DNA of 64,000 nucleotides from Eledone cirrhosa (lineage: Eukaryota): positions 12,400,001 to 12,464,000 of the forward strand of contig OZ024761.1 of NCBI GenBank assembly GCA_964016885.1, read 5' to 3'. A program made the translations under genes and the position numbers. The notes under the pieces were generated by a model, which did no database searches, had not been told where the DNA came from, and was given only the letters and a program-made list of their open reading frames with translations. This document shows, in pieces, positions 14,561 to 28,295 of this stretch (within the stretch, counting starts at the first letter, position 1; the number at the start of each line of letters is the position of its first letter).

Positions 14561-14752
14561 TAGGAACGAGTAGGACCCCGACGGCTGAGCTCAAGCCGTT
14601 TCGACGGCTAATTCTGAGTCCAGAATTAGCCGTCGAAACGGCTTGAGCTCAGCCGTCGGGGTCCTACTCGTTCCTATTACCCACTCTACTACCCTAAGTA
14701 TTGAGTACTTTGGTGCGTTATGGTCCACCTGGTTCCTTACCACATTTCCTTC
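14561..14752. mobile_element. Fold-back Penelope-like terminus with 3' half of a hammerhead (GAAA-cggct..gagctc..agccg-TC); copies at 22262-22468 and 42098-42220
   Basis: About 55-bp near-perfect inverted repeat 14561-14676 plus a shared tail, flanked by (TA)n. Confidence 0.6.
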
Positions 14753-14768
14753 GTTATATATGTGTAAA

Positions 14769-14814
<46 letters not shown>

Positions 14815-15339
14815 TTTACACATACACCAATTAAACAAAGTCACAGGTATACATGTGTTTTTGCAACTTTTCACAATGTGGTTCAATGGAGAACTAATAA
14901 ATCAATCAGAGCGAAATGTTGGGTAAATATTCTATAGCGGTTGCACATGAAGACGCCACGATGGAGTATTTATTTACTGTTTCTTCATAGATGCCTTTTA
15001 TTCTTATAGCCTGATCTAATTGTTTTTTTGTGTGGTTATTTATGCTGGTTGGGAGTAGAGATGATGTATATATATATTATCAAATAATTCTCTGGACATG
15101 CTTTACTCTATAGTATATATATATAGTTGTTATATAGTAAGGTGTATTATTGGTTGTGTAAAATGGTCCAATAAATTTATGTTAGCAATATTAAGTTCTC
15201 CACGCTTTTCTATATCTCCAATTCCATTGAAGGGAACAGCTAGATGATGTAAAACGGAGTATAAGTATCAAAATGAAAATCCGAAAGCAAGGTAAAATTA
15301 AATGATTGGAATTTTACCTTGCCTTCGGATTTTCATTTT

Positions 15340-15381
<42 letters not shown>

Positions 15382-15519
15382 GAGGTTATATTTAATTTGT
15401 TGGGATTCAACAATCTTAAACATTTTTTATAACTGATATAAAGCACTCAAGGAAGCTCCAACCGTTAAGGTTGTCTTTTTTTCCGGGTATGTCAATATTT
15501 ATTTATAAAACAAATCTGT

Positions 15520-15583
15520 ATTTTATCTGATGAAAGCGCACCATAATTTGCCTTGGTGGCCCTTGAAATATGTATAATAAAAT
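15520..15583 (+). ncRNA. Minimal hammerhead motif (attttat/ataaaat family) inside inverted-terminus module 15379-15718
   Basis: attttat-CTGATGA-aag..cacca..tggtg..ctt-GAAA-tatgta-TA-ataaaat; 7-bp stem I. Confidence 0.75.
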
Positions 15584-16214
15584 AAATATGGTTTTATAAA
15601 TATAGTTTCCATCTATTAATATATTGTGTATTTACTCCACTATACTGTTGAGTGCTTTATATCAGTTATAAAAAATGTTTAAGCTGTTGAATCCCAACAA
15701 ATTAAATATAACCTCTGCATGCATATATATATAAATATATATATGTGTATATATATAACTTATCTCTGTTTTTCGTGCCCCCCCCCCCCCTCCCCCAGTA
15801 CAAGACACCCCACCCTACAATCTCTGCAGGAAGTATTGCACCAACAGCTCTGGTTACACACCAAATTAGTCAAGAGAAGGCCCCATCCCAACACTTTCAT
15901 CTTGGCTCAGAAATCGATATAAACAGCCACATTAAACAATCTGCTATATCTGAAGGATGAGCCACTCAACCAGTCTCGATGTAGTTGCTAGACATGCTAA
16001 AAACTGCAGCCGAATGTCCCCCAAATTACCCTACCTGACGTACAGATAGGCATAGACAAGTATATACACGTGTGTGTATATAACTGTTTATATAAACGTA
16101 TACACCAGAGGTTCTCAAACTTTCCGGGCCTCCATCCTGCCTTACGGCCACGTAAAACCCTCAGCACTCCCCCAACCCTACTTCCAGACAGACCTGCCTA
16201 CACACAAATTGTAA

Positions 16215-17185
16215 ATAATATATAATAAATAAAATCGTTAATTTATATATAATAAATAATATACTATGTATAAATATATATTATATATTTTGTTTTACTA
16301 TATTTATATATAATAATATAATATATACTATGTATAAATATATATTATATATTTTATATTTTACTATATTTATATATAATATATACTATGTATAAATATA
16401 TATTATATATTTTATATTTTACTATATTTATATATAATAATATAATATATACTATGTATAAATATATATTATATATTTTATATTTTACTATATTTCTATA
16501 TAATAATATAATATATACTGTATAAATATATATAAATATTTTATATTTTACTATATTTATATATAATAAATAAAATAATATATACTATGTATAAATAAAT
16601 ATTACATTATATTTTACTATATTTATATATAATAATATAATATATATTATGTATAAATAAATATTATATATTTTATATTTTACTATATTTATATATAATA
16701 ATATAATATATACTATGTATAAATAAATATTACATTATATTTTACTATATTTATATATAATAATATAATATATACTATGTATAAATAAATATTATATATT
16801 TTATATTTTACTATATTTATATATAATAATATAATATATACTATGTATAAATAAATATTATATATTTTATATTTTACTATATTTATATATAATAATATAA
16901 TATATATTATGTATAAATAAATATATATTTTATATTTTACTATATTTATATATAATAATATAATATATACTATGTATAAATAAATATTATATATTTTATA
17001 TTTTACTATATTTATATATAATAATATAATATATATTATGTATAAATAAATATTATATATTTTATATTTTACTATATTTATATATAATAATATAATACAT
17101 ATTATGTATAAATAAATATTATATATTTTATATTTTACTATATTTATATATAATATATATGATTTGATATTTTTTACTTATATAT
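16215..17185. repeat. Extremely AT-rich minisatellite of ~55-60 bp
   Basis: Recurrent tactatgtataaata..ttttactatattt. Confidence 0.9.
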
Positions 17186-17322
17186 AGTACAAGGTCAACA
17201 AAAGTCAGAAAAACAGCCCAAACAAAGCATGAAAGGAACACAGTATAATAGATATTATTAGTTTAACACTTGAATAGCAAGAGGGCTGTACACAGCCATC
17301 ACAGCTACAATAACCATGGTCA

Positions 17323-17830
17323 ACCCTTTAGTATTTACATTACTCTATATATACTATTGTATTCCTGTGGTACAGGCTGTATCTTGCATAATATCTCACA
17401 TAATATCGAATCTATGAAATTTTGATATTATTTATTTTGAGAACAATACCTTAACATCAGTATGAGTGGCCAGTTATGGCCGGTTGGAACAGAAAGAAGT
17501 GAGAGAATTGTGGCCGGATACTGCCAGTTAAACCCTTTAGCATTTAAACCAGCTGTATCCAGCCAAAATTCTCTCACCCCTTTCTGTTCAAACTGGCTGT
17601 AACCGGCCATAACTAGCCACTCATACTGATATTAAGGTATTGTTCTGGAAGTAAATAATATCAAGATCTCATACATTCAATATTATGTGAGATAATTATG
17701 TGAAGTAAAGGCTTTACCATGAAAATACAATAGTAAATGTATAGTAATGTAAATGTTATGTGATACAAAACGTTTACTGTGAAAATACAATAGTATATAT
17801 ATAGAGAGAGTAATGTAAATACTAAAGGGT
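17323..17830. mobile_element. Two piggyBac-type MITE copies in inverted orientation
   Basis: Minus copy ~17323-17520 abuts plus copy ~17533-17829. Confidence 0.7.
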
Positions 17831-18804
17831 GAACAGAGTTAAAACTAAAATCTAAACTACCAACAACAACAACAACAACATGTATATCTACTACGATGCA
17901 AGCCTAAATTTATGACTCTATACTGGTGGCAACAAGTATTTTAGTAACAAGAAATTACATCTCCCAGCAAGAGGCCAGCAGTCAAAGCAAACAGAAATAT
18001 ATAAAGATGGTTTTCTTGGATGAGAAATTATTCAGAATTTTGTTATCTTTTTATTTATTTTTTTTTTTTTTTTTCCTATTTTTTTACTCAGACAGAAAAA
18101 ATGTCAGGTGAAAAATCAGAAAAGAGAAAACAAGTAGACATGTTGAAACCCTGTCATCAAGGTTAACAGGAATATTTTCATATTTAGGCAATGAGCCAAG
18201 ATTTATGAGAGGAAAAGTTGCTAGCTATGCTTAAAGTAAAAGAGAAATAAAATAAAATATTTAGTTGTATCTGATTTCAAATCTTAGCTGGGGTCATCTT
18301 TGTCTCAGCAGTATTATTAAATTAAGGAGGATTGGTAGAGTCGGTAGAGCGTCAGATAGAATGCTTTCTGGTATTTGTTCCGGCTTTCTGCTCTCTGAGT
18401 TCAAATCCTGCCAAGGTCAACTTTGACTTTCATCCATTCAAGGTCAATAAAAAGAAAAAGTACCAGTCTAGTACTGGGGGTTGATTCTTCCTCTATATCT
18501 CTTTCTCACTTCCTCTCTCTCTCTCTCTCTCTCTCTGGAAGAAATCTGCTGTACTCAGGCCTGGAGAGGGAAGGGCTCCACCATTGGGTTTAAAATGCCC
18601 AAGAAACGCCATATTACCATACGGCACCCCTACAACTCAGGAGTTAGGGACCCTATATATATATATAATATTTATGAGAGGACAAATGACTAACTATGCT
18701 AGAGTAGAAGAGAAATAGTATGAAATATTTAGTTGTATCTGATTTCTAACCTAGCTGAGGTCATCTTTGTCTCTACAGTATTATTAAATTAAGGAGGAGC
18801 AGAA

Positions 18805-18860
<56 letters not shown>

Positions 18861-18867
18861 CAATTAT

Positions 18868-18926
18868 TTCATTTACCAGTGGTTTCTTAAAAGCAAAAAA
18901 ATTTTGCTTTCAATCATCAGAACGAA
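18868..18926 (-). ncRNA. Minimal hammerhead motif in fold-back module 18855-18989
   Basis: Minus strand: ttcgtt-CTGATGA-ttgaaagcaaaa..ttttgcttttaa-GAAA-cc act gg-TA-aatgaa. Confidence 0.7.
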
Positions 18927-19001
18927 AAAACCCTGGTGTATTTATTTTTGCTTTTAAGAAACCACTGGTAAATGAAATAATTGCCTTATGTTGTTTATTA
19001 C

Positions 19002-19057
<56 letters not shown>

Positions 19058-19383
19058 AGTAAGGTTGCTTAGATGCATCCATAGGCGGTATGCCGGTTAA
19101 GCACTCTATGCTCCTTCAGAGCAGAGTATATATAATATGGAAAACGAAGAACCAGTGATGCGTCAAAACATAATTTATTAACGTATTACAAGTGTTTCTC
19201 CGGTGAACAGCTTGAGGTGCGATCTATTTGTGGCTCGAACCTGACTCTGGATTCGCAAGTTCCTCAGATACAAGCGACTTCGAAACAAATCTTCCATCTG
19301 ATATATATATATATCATCATCATCATCATCATTTTACGTCCGCTTTTCCCTGCTTGCAAGGGTGGGACGGGAACTGATTCTGG

Positions 19384-19431
<48 letters not shown>

Positions 19432-19599
19432 CATACTAAGTTTTGAGTTCAATGCTTACTAAGGTCAACTTAGCACTTCACCTTTCCATACCACTATGAT
19501 GGTAATGATGATGATGATTGTGTGTGTGTGAGAGAGAAAGAGAGAGGGAGAGTGAGGGAGAGGAGGAGAGAGGGGGAAGAGAGAGAGGGAGAGAGAGAG

Positions 19600-19645
<46 letters not shown>

Positions 19646-20111
19646 CGCGCGCACATGCACGGATATGTGTAACATCACAGGTAATATTTGTTTAAGTGAA
19701 ACTTTGAAATGAGGAGTAGTAGGAGATTGGAAAGTAGAGAAAGAAGCTGTCGCTATCTAAGAACTACAAAACAAGCAAAACAAACATATAAAAACAAGAA
19801 AGCTCATCGCTAGAACAGCCATTAAAACAGCTAAATGTCGTCAGAGACAGCAAAGGGCAAATATGCCTGAGAAGACAGACACCAGCGGCCAGTGATCAAC
19901 AGAGAGACAATCCACAAGGCAAGAGACAGTTTTTATATTTCATCTGCCTGTCAACCACCTTGTGGATTGTCTCACTGTTAACCACTGGCTGCTGGTCTCT
20001 GACATCTGAGGCATATTTTGCCCATCACTGTCTTTGACAGCATTTACCTGTTTTAACGACTGTTCTAGCGATGAGTTTTGTCAGTTTTATATGCATTTAA
20101 ATTCCAAATAC

Positions 20112-20365
20112 GTTCTTGCTTCGTCTCGATCAGAGACGACATTGTTTTAGCAAGCAAAACATGTTGCAAAGACACGTCTTTATGGCTTTTTTTACTGTCT
20201 AACCTGCTGCTTGCATCTAGAGACCGTCTTTGAGGAAGGTCCCGGTGAACCCTCGGAAGAGAATTTCGGTGTTTCAGAGGAAGTTTTATTGCCTTGTGCC
20301 TGAATTCTTTTGGGAGTTGAGGTCGTGGTGGAGGTATTTCACAATCACTTTCAGATCTAGACAAT
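20112..20365 (-). CDS. PXN: Probable paxillin exon (LSRSESDCEIPPPRPQLPKEF...); 3' boundary uncertain
   Basis: Acceptor tttttgttttcatcag|A TTG TCT (phase 2, fits). Frame open to TAG at 20065-20067. Candidate donors GAA C|gtattt (20112) or CAG|gtaaat (20048). Confidence 0.55.
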
Positions 20366-20411
20366 CTGATGAAAACAAAAACATGGGTACGTATGTATAT
20401 CAATGGCAGAA

Positions 20412-20524
20412 GCGTGTGTGTGTGGGTATATATATATATGTGTGTGTGTGTATGTATATATATATGGGGGTGTATGTATATATATATGGGGGTGTATGTG
20501 TACATGTATATGTGTGTGTGGGTG

Positions 20525-20563
<39 letters not shown>

Positions 20564-20609
20564 GTATATATATATGGGGGTGTATGTGTACATGTATATG
20601 TGTGTGTGG

Positions 20610-20677
<68 letters not shown>

Positions 20678-20792
20678 ATGTATATATGGGGGTGTATGTG
20701 TACATGTATATGTGTGTGTGGGTGTATATATATGTGTGTGTATGTATATATATATGGGGGTGTATGTGTACATCTATATGTGTGTGTGGGTG

Positions 20793-20835
<43 letters not shown>

Positions 20836-20881
20836 GTATATATATATGGGGGTGTATGTGTACATGTATATGTGTGTGTGG

Positions 20882-20931
<50 letters not shown>

Positions 20932-20978
20932 ATGTATATATGGGGGTGTATGTGTACATGTATATGTATGTGTGGGTG

Positions 20979-21009
<31 letters not shown>

Positions 21010-21236
21010 ATGTATATATATATATGGGGGTGTATGTGTACATGTATATGTGTGTGTGGGTGTATATATATATGTATATATATATATGTGTGTGTGTGTG
21101 TATGTATATATGGGGGTGTATGTGTACATGTATATGTGTGTGTGGGTGTATATATATATGTATATATATATATGTGTGTGTGTGTGTGTATGTATATATG
21201 GGGGTGTATGTGTACATGTATATGTGTGTGTGGGTG

Positions 21237-21287
<51 letters not shown>
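20412..21287. repeat. Compound (TA)n/(TG)n repeat with gggggtgtatgtgtacatg anchors
   Basis: Direct reading. Confidence 0.9.
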
Positions 21288-21290
<3 letters not shown>

Positions 21291-21969
21291 CACAGACCAG
21301 CTGAAATTGGTCGCACAAAATAATGTAGATGGAAAAACAAAACACAAACAAAAGAGCCAAATAAATAATCTCAATTAATATACAACACGTGTCCCAACCT
21401 CACCCCACCCATATCAATCCTCACGCCAATCACGGTTACCATGGTTTCATGGTATCAACCACCTTCAGGCCAGCCTTGTTAGAGTTTCACATTCAATCCT
21501 CTTATTTCATGAAGACAAATGCAATGTTTCCCAGTTGATAAACTTTCTCTCTCTCTCTCTCTATGTATATATATATATATATATATATCATCATCATCGT
21601 TTAACGTCTATCTTCCACGCTAGCATGGGTTAGACGGGAGTTGTCCAACTTGAGGCAAGATTGGTCAGGTGACCGTGTCTCGCTTGTATAGGACTATCTG
21701 GCAGGTTTTCTATGGCTGGATGCCCTTCCTAACACCAACCACGTTTACAGTGTGGACTGGGAGCCTTTTTACCGTGTCTCCTACACGGCCACATTACAGC
21801 GGGGACTGTGTGTTTTTTGTCGTGTCACCTACACGACCTCATTATTTTGGACTGGATGTTGTGGTACCAACATAACTTTACGGAGAAAGGGTGGTGTTGG
21901 TGGGAGTGGGAGGATGGAGTAGGGGTAGTGGGTTGGGGTGTATATTTGGTTAAGCGGTGCCTACTTGAC

Positions 21970-22044
<75 letters not shown>

Positions 22045-22658
22045 CTAATTCTTTCCATTGGAAATTCTCTGGATTCCCAATCTTTTGATGAGTGAAACCG
22101 TCGGTAACGGCAATAGAACAGGTGAATATTTAAATCGTTTTTTAATTTATTTAAAAGATTATTTGATGATTACTTGTTCCGCTCATTTATATATATATAT
22201 ATACACACAGACTAGACATATATGTGTGTATATATAATATATATATAAATATATATATATATAGGAACGAGTAGGACCCCGACGGCTGAGCTCAAGCCGT
22301 TTCGACGGCTAATTCTCGACTAAAAATTTTAGTCCAAAATTAGCCGTCGAAACGGCTTGAGCTCAGCCGTCGGGGTCCTACTCGTTCCTATTACCCACTC
22401 TACTACCCTAAGTATTGAGTACTTTGGTGCATTATGGTCCACCTGGTTCCTTACCACATTTCCTTCGTTATATATATATATATACACACACAAAGATACA
22501 TTTAAGTGTGTATATATATACATATATATATTATATATATATATATATTTAAATATACACAAAGATACATTTAAGTGTATATATATATATATATTAGAAC
22601 GTGAGGTTTTTTTTTTTACAAAATGAAAAATAACCGAGGTGTCCTACACGAGTGAAAG

Positions 22659-22956
22659 TATAAAGAAAAAGAGATGAAATCGAAAATGCAACTGGAGTCT
22701 TATTTTTAAAAAAAATATATATATTTATTTGGTTCCTTTACCAGTTTCGCAGTTCTTCTGCTTTTCAAAAGGTGAGTTGAGATGGAGGGTCTGTGGTTTT
22801 TCTCACATGTGAGATGTGAGAAAAACCACAGACCTTCCATCTCAACTCACCTTTTGAAAAGCAGAAGAACTGCGAAACCGGTAAAGGAATCAAATAAATA
22901 TATATTTTTTTTTTAAAAATAAGACTCCAGTTGCATTTTCGATTTCATCTCTTTTT

Positions 22957-22962
<6 letters not shown>
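22659..22962. mobile_element. About 150-bp-arm palindrome with a decayed hammerhead in each arm
   Basis: Centre near 22808. Right arm: cctt-TTGAAAA-gcag aagaa ctgc-GAAA-ccgg-TA-aagg, then AATAAA; (TA)n flank. Confidence 0.65.
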
Positions 22963-23027
<65 letters not shown>

Positions 23028-24157
23028 AATATACACAAAGATACATTTATGTGCGTATTATAGTGCTTAGAAATTGTCCCACCGCACACATATAGACACA
23101 TATACATGCTACACTCATACACACACGCATACACACACATATTAGACCAAAATAGATGATAATGAAGGAACTACCACAGCACACCACGCTGGTCTCTATG
23201 TCTGTACGACAAACGATATCAAGAACAATCTAGAGGCTAACTAAAACTATTTACACGAAGCACAGTTGGAAGAATAGAGAGATTGTGAAAGGCCGGTGAA
23301 GAGTAGCAGCAACGAGAGGAGTACGACATAATAGCTATCTGGTTTCATTAACAAATCTAATACATTACATGTGCAGAAATGTGGAAGTTACAGGTAAACT
23401 TCAACACATATGCTTTTGTGTAAAATGGCTGAAAAAGTACAGCACTCACTCACTTGAATGTCAGCTATATTGGTATATCTTGGGGCTTTTTGGAGAGAGA
23501 GAGAGAAACCCGTGGCATTCATTTAAAACAACAATGCAGTTAAGTAGCTGAGGGGGGGGGGGGTAGTAGGGATTACCCCACCACCACCACCACCACCACC
23601 ACCATCTCCAAACACATACACACACTAACACTACCCTTTGTAATGATAGAGAGATGATGATGATGGAAAGAGTTATGCTGTCGGGATTTTTTTTAATTTT
23701 TTTTTTTTATTTCACCTACCACAGCCACCACCCCACCACCCCACCCCACCTAAGCCTTTGGAAATTTTCCAATTCTCCTATTTGTCCCCTGAAGGTTCTC
23801 TACTGAAGAGAGGATGGGGGAGGAGGAAGTAATAGCATGCAGGCTCGATTAGAAAAAAATATAAACAGGGACACCTTCCTTATCTAATGACATAAAAACC
23901 AGCGACTTATCTACTGGACATATAATACCTTATATATGAGTTAGATATAGAGTCAAGAAAGTTCTATGTGAAATGTTGGTGCAACTTACACACAACAATG
24001 CACAGTGTATATATATATATATAATGATTTCCTTCGAATGAAACAGTTCTAGTCCTGTAGAAGCCATTTCTATATTATATATATATGTAGATATATTATA
24101 AAGTAAAATAGCAGGAGGCCAAATATATTGAATTTCCTTAATTATTTATTTCTGCAA

Positions 24158-24215
24158 ACACTATACACATTTCAGTGGTCAGGTTGTGTAAGAACCCAGT
24201 GACTTCTTCAGGTGT
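24158..24215 (-). ncRNA. Minimal hammerhead motif
   Basis: Minus strand: acac-CTGAAGA-agt..gggtt cttacac aacct..act-GAAA-tgtgta-TA-gtgt, then AATAAA. Confidence 0.6.
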
Positions 24216-24236
24216 AAATTAAGTAATAGATGTATA

Positions 24237-24329
<93 letters not shown>

Positions 24330-24504
24330 AGTAAAATGACAGAAGGCTGGACATTTTACTCTATAATTATTAACCCCGTTCTCGCACCACCAACAAGATT
24401 CAACATAAACGAAGATGGCTGAGTTGCATTATGTCGAAGTGCTTTTCCTAATATTACATCATGGTTGACTATACGGAACAACCAGTTCTGTTCAGTGGTG
24501 AAAT

Positions 24505-24890
24505 GGAGGCACATGGCTTAGTGGTTAGAGCATTGGCTTTGCAATCGAAAGATTGTGAGTTCAATTCTCAGACCGGGTGATGTGTTGTTTCTTTGAACAA
24601 GACACTTTATTTCACATTGCTCCAGTTTACTCAGCTGTAGAAATGAGATGATAGGGACTGGGGTCCATATCATTCCATTGCAAAGTGGTCGTGCAGGTGC
24701 CATGACAAAAAAGCACCCAGCCCACACTGTAAAGTGGTCGTGTAGGCTCCATGGCAAAAAAGCACCCAGCACTCACTGTAAATGAGGTTGGTGTTAGGAA
24801 GGGCATCCAGCTGTAGAAATCAAGCCAGAATCAGTTCCCGTCCCACCCTTGCAAGGAGGGAAAAAGTGGACATAAAATGAAAAACATGAT
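24505..24890 (+). mobile_element. SINE family A
   Basis: Same as 9677 copy, with an internal unit duplicated. Confidence 0.8.
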
Positions 24891-26079
24891 GATATTGGAG
24901 AATGTGTGAAATCCTTGGTACAGTTATATATATATTTGAAAAAAGGAAAAGAATGACTTCACTTGTAGTTGGTATTCTACAACAATTTAATTTTATAATT
25001 TTGCTATGTAGACCTAATAAGTCCTTTGTTAACTTTAGTGGAAAGTTTTTTTCTTTTTGGAGAACTTTCTCAACCATCGTCAGTGGCGATTGTCAAACTT
25101 ATGCCACCAAGAATCGAACTCAGGGCCTTATGATTGTGAACTGAATACCTTAATTACACATACACACATATATTAGGTTCTCGAGGACGTGGAGGAGGTG
25201 GGGGACAGAGAATTGAAGGAGATAACGGTCAGCATCAAATTGAATGGACAACCATAAGCCAGATGACACACGTGCCAATACAGATGAGTGAGTGAAGTAC
25301 TTTACCGAAATAGACTCAGTAAATTATCTTCAAAGACTGAACGAAACAAAGGAATTTTCGAGCTTCAACACTAAATACCAAAACTGTGAATACAAGTACA
25401 TCTTAGTAAGTACATACTGGTACCAATATAACTAGGACATGCTTACAACATACTAACAACAACACCAACAGCAGCATCAAAGACAAACAGCAGCTCTTAA
25501 GTAGCACAAATACTGTAAGTAGTCCTTCTTCTTCACCTCCTCCTTCTTCTTCTCACAACATCTCTACTACCTCCAACACCACTCCTACTACCTCCAACAC
25601 CACCTCTACCACCTCCAACACCCTCCCTACTACCACCTCTACCACCTCCAACACCATCCATACCACCACCTCTACTACCTCCAACACCACCCCTACCACC
25701 ACCTCTACCACCAACCATCTCCAACACCACCTACACTACCACCTATACCACTACCACCCACACCTCCACCACCTTCACTACCACCACCTATACCACTACC
25801 ACCCACACCACAACCACCTACACTGCCACCTATACCACTACCACCCACACCACAACCACCTACACTGCCACCACCTTCACTACCACCTTCACTACCACCT
25901 TCACTACCACCAGATAATGACATATCGACATATGAACTTAATGTTATGAGTTCAATGAAGAAGTTCATATGTCAGTGTGTCATTATCTGGGGTCGATAAA
26001 ATAAAGTACCAGTAATGTACTGGGTAATTGCTGGCCTTGTGCCAAATGTAGAAACAATTATCTGTAAACCAAATATTGT

Positions 26080-26132
26080 ATTTTATCTGACGATAGCGTA
26101 CCAAAATACCCTTGAAATATGTATAATAAAAT
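26080..26132 (+). ncRNA. Minimal hammerhead motif (attttat family)
   Basis: attttat-CTGACGA-...-GAAA-tatgta-TA-ataaaat; stem II partly deleted. Confidence 0.6.
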
Positions 26133-26189
26133 AAATATGGTTTTATAAAGTTATTTTCCATTTATTAATATTATTGATATATATATATG

Positions 26190-26600
26190 AAGGCGCATGG
26201 CTTAGTGGTTAGAGCATTGGGCTTGCAATCGAAAGGTTGTGAGTTCAATTCTCAGACCAGGTGATGTGTTGTTTCCATGAGCAAGACACTTTATTTCACA
26301 TTGCTCCAGTTTACTCAGCTGTAGAAATGAGATGATAGGGACTGGAGTCCCTATCATTCCACTGCAAAGTGGTCGTGGAGGTGCCACGGCAAAAAAGCAC
26401 CCAGCACTCACTGTAAAGTTGACATGGAGGTGCTACGGAAAAAAAGCACCCAGCACCCACTGTAAATGAGGTTGGTGTTAGGAAGGGCATTCAGCTGTAG
26501 AAATCAAGCCAGAATCAGTTCCTGTATGAGCAAGACAAGGTCAACCGACCGGACACTGCCCACAACAGGACAACCCGTCTGACCCATGCTAGGGTTAGAA
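26190..26600 (+). mobile_element. SINE family A with alternative tail
   Basis: Same head and body; tail gtatgagcaagacaagg..cccatgctag. Confidence 0.75.
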
Positions 26601-27314
26601 ACTCACAATAAGTCCCCTATGATCCAGGGAGCTCAAGGAAGAGAGGCTGAGTTCTTTATAAGTTATAGCAATGAGAAGGCACATAATAAATTATAGACAT
26701 CTATATACATGGAAGCTGTGGAGTGGGGAGACCCAAGAAGACCTGGGATGAAGTGATAAGAGCTGACCTTACCCAATTGCACCTCTCAAAGGTGATGACA
26801 CACAACCGTGACCTCTGGCATCACACAGTAATACAGAAGACCCAACTTCCCACGGGTACAAGCCGAAGCTGAAGCATATAGACAATATGCCCTTCACTCC
26901 ACACTGTAAAGTGGACATGTAGGCGACAAGGGAAAAAAGGCACCCAGCACTCACTGTACATGGGGTTGGTTGGTGTTAGGAAGGGCATCCAGCTATAGAA
27001 ATCAAGCTAGAATCAGTTCCAGTATGAGCAAGACAAGGTCAGCCGACCGGACACTGCCTACAACAGGACAACCCGTCTAACCCATGCTAGCATGGAAGAA
27101 TGGACATAAAACGGTGATGATGATGATATATATATATATATATATATATTTATGTATATACAAATATATAACCAAAGATTAATATGGTTCATTGATTACT
27201 CAATTAATATAGTTTTACAATAGATTAAAAGCACTCTACAATGAAGTTTTCTGGAGTTATTAATATTATTCAGAATATTAATAAATGAAGACATTCACAT
27301 AATCAAAATATATG

Positions 27315-27376
27315 TTTTATTATATATATTTCGAAGGTACTGTGCTGTTTTTTCAGTACGTCCTCGTCAGATAAAA
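27315..27376 (-). ncRNA. Minimal hammerhead motif within inverted repeat 27264-27470
   Basis: Minus strand: ttttat-CTGACGA-gga cgtactg..cagtac cttc-GAAA-tatata-TA-ataaaa. Confidence 0.7.
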
Positions 27377-27636
27377 TACATGAATTGATGTATGACATAC
27401 CTATATACTGATGTATAAAACATATATTTTGATTATGTGAATGTCTTCATTTATTAATATTCTGAATAATATATATATATATATAAAAGAATATGTAACA
27501 CTCACCTTCAAGCACTCCTGGTGCTATGACTCACATTTTCACAATGTTCACCATCACACACTCACATGACTTTATCTTCAACATCCCACCCTCCCCTGCC
27601 CCACCTTCCCAATCACAAAAACCATCATCTTTTTTA

Positions 27637-27688
<52 letters not shown>

Positions 27689-27715
27689 TAGTAACACAGC
27701 AGTTAGTTCACCATA

Positions 27716-27754
27716 CCGAGAACAATTGTTTCACCTTGTGGATCTTCAGCTCGG
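27716..27754 (-). ncRNA. Very compact minimal hammerhead motif
   Basis: Minus strand: ccgag-CTGAAGA-t cc acaa gg t-GAAA-caattg-TT-ctcgg; left arm of fold-back module 27686-27873. Confidence 0.7.
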
Positions 27755-27871
27755 ACTGGTGAAAGAATTGTTCTTGGTATGGTGAACTAACTGTAGTGTC
27801 ACTACTTCTACCAAACTCGTCCCATGGACTGAGTGCTCTACCACTACAGGTATTACCCTCCAGTGCTCTAC

Positions 27872-27911
<40 letters not shown>

Positions 27912-28257
27912 TTCATTCTGTTGGTGAAATAAATCAGATTTTAATGGCTTTTCACAATAAAATGAACAACAATACAACATCAGTAACAATAAAATCAATC
28001 ACAGTAACAAACATGGGACATTTTAACTGCCCCTTATATCAATAAGAAAAAAATGAATAAGATAAGTAGTAACAATTAACTATATATATATATAGCTACC
28101 AGCAGAGCAAAAATGATTTAAAGTTAGCTAAATTCTGCAGTTGGCAAGCGAGAGATACCATGGTTGATCTGTTGTTATTAGTTATTGTTGTTGTAGTTAG
28201 GGTTAGAAAGAAAGCAAGCTGTTTAAGGAGCAAATATTTGAACTCTGTATGTATTTG

Positions 28258-28295
<38 letters not shown>

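Noticed and set aside
15798-15960. Plus-strand exon after a cccccag acceptor
   Set aside because: No recognisable product and no partner exons on the plus strand.
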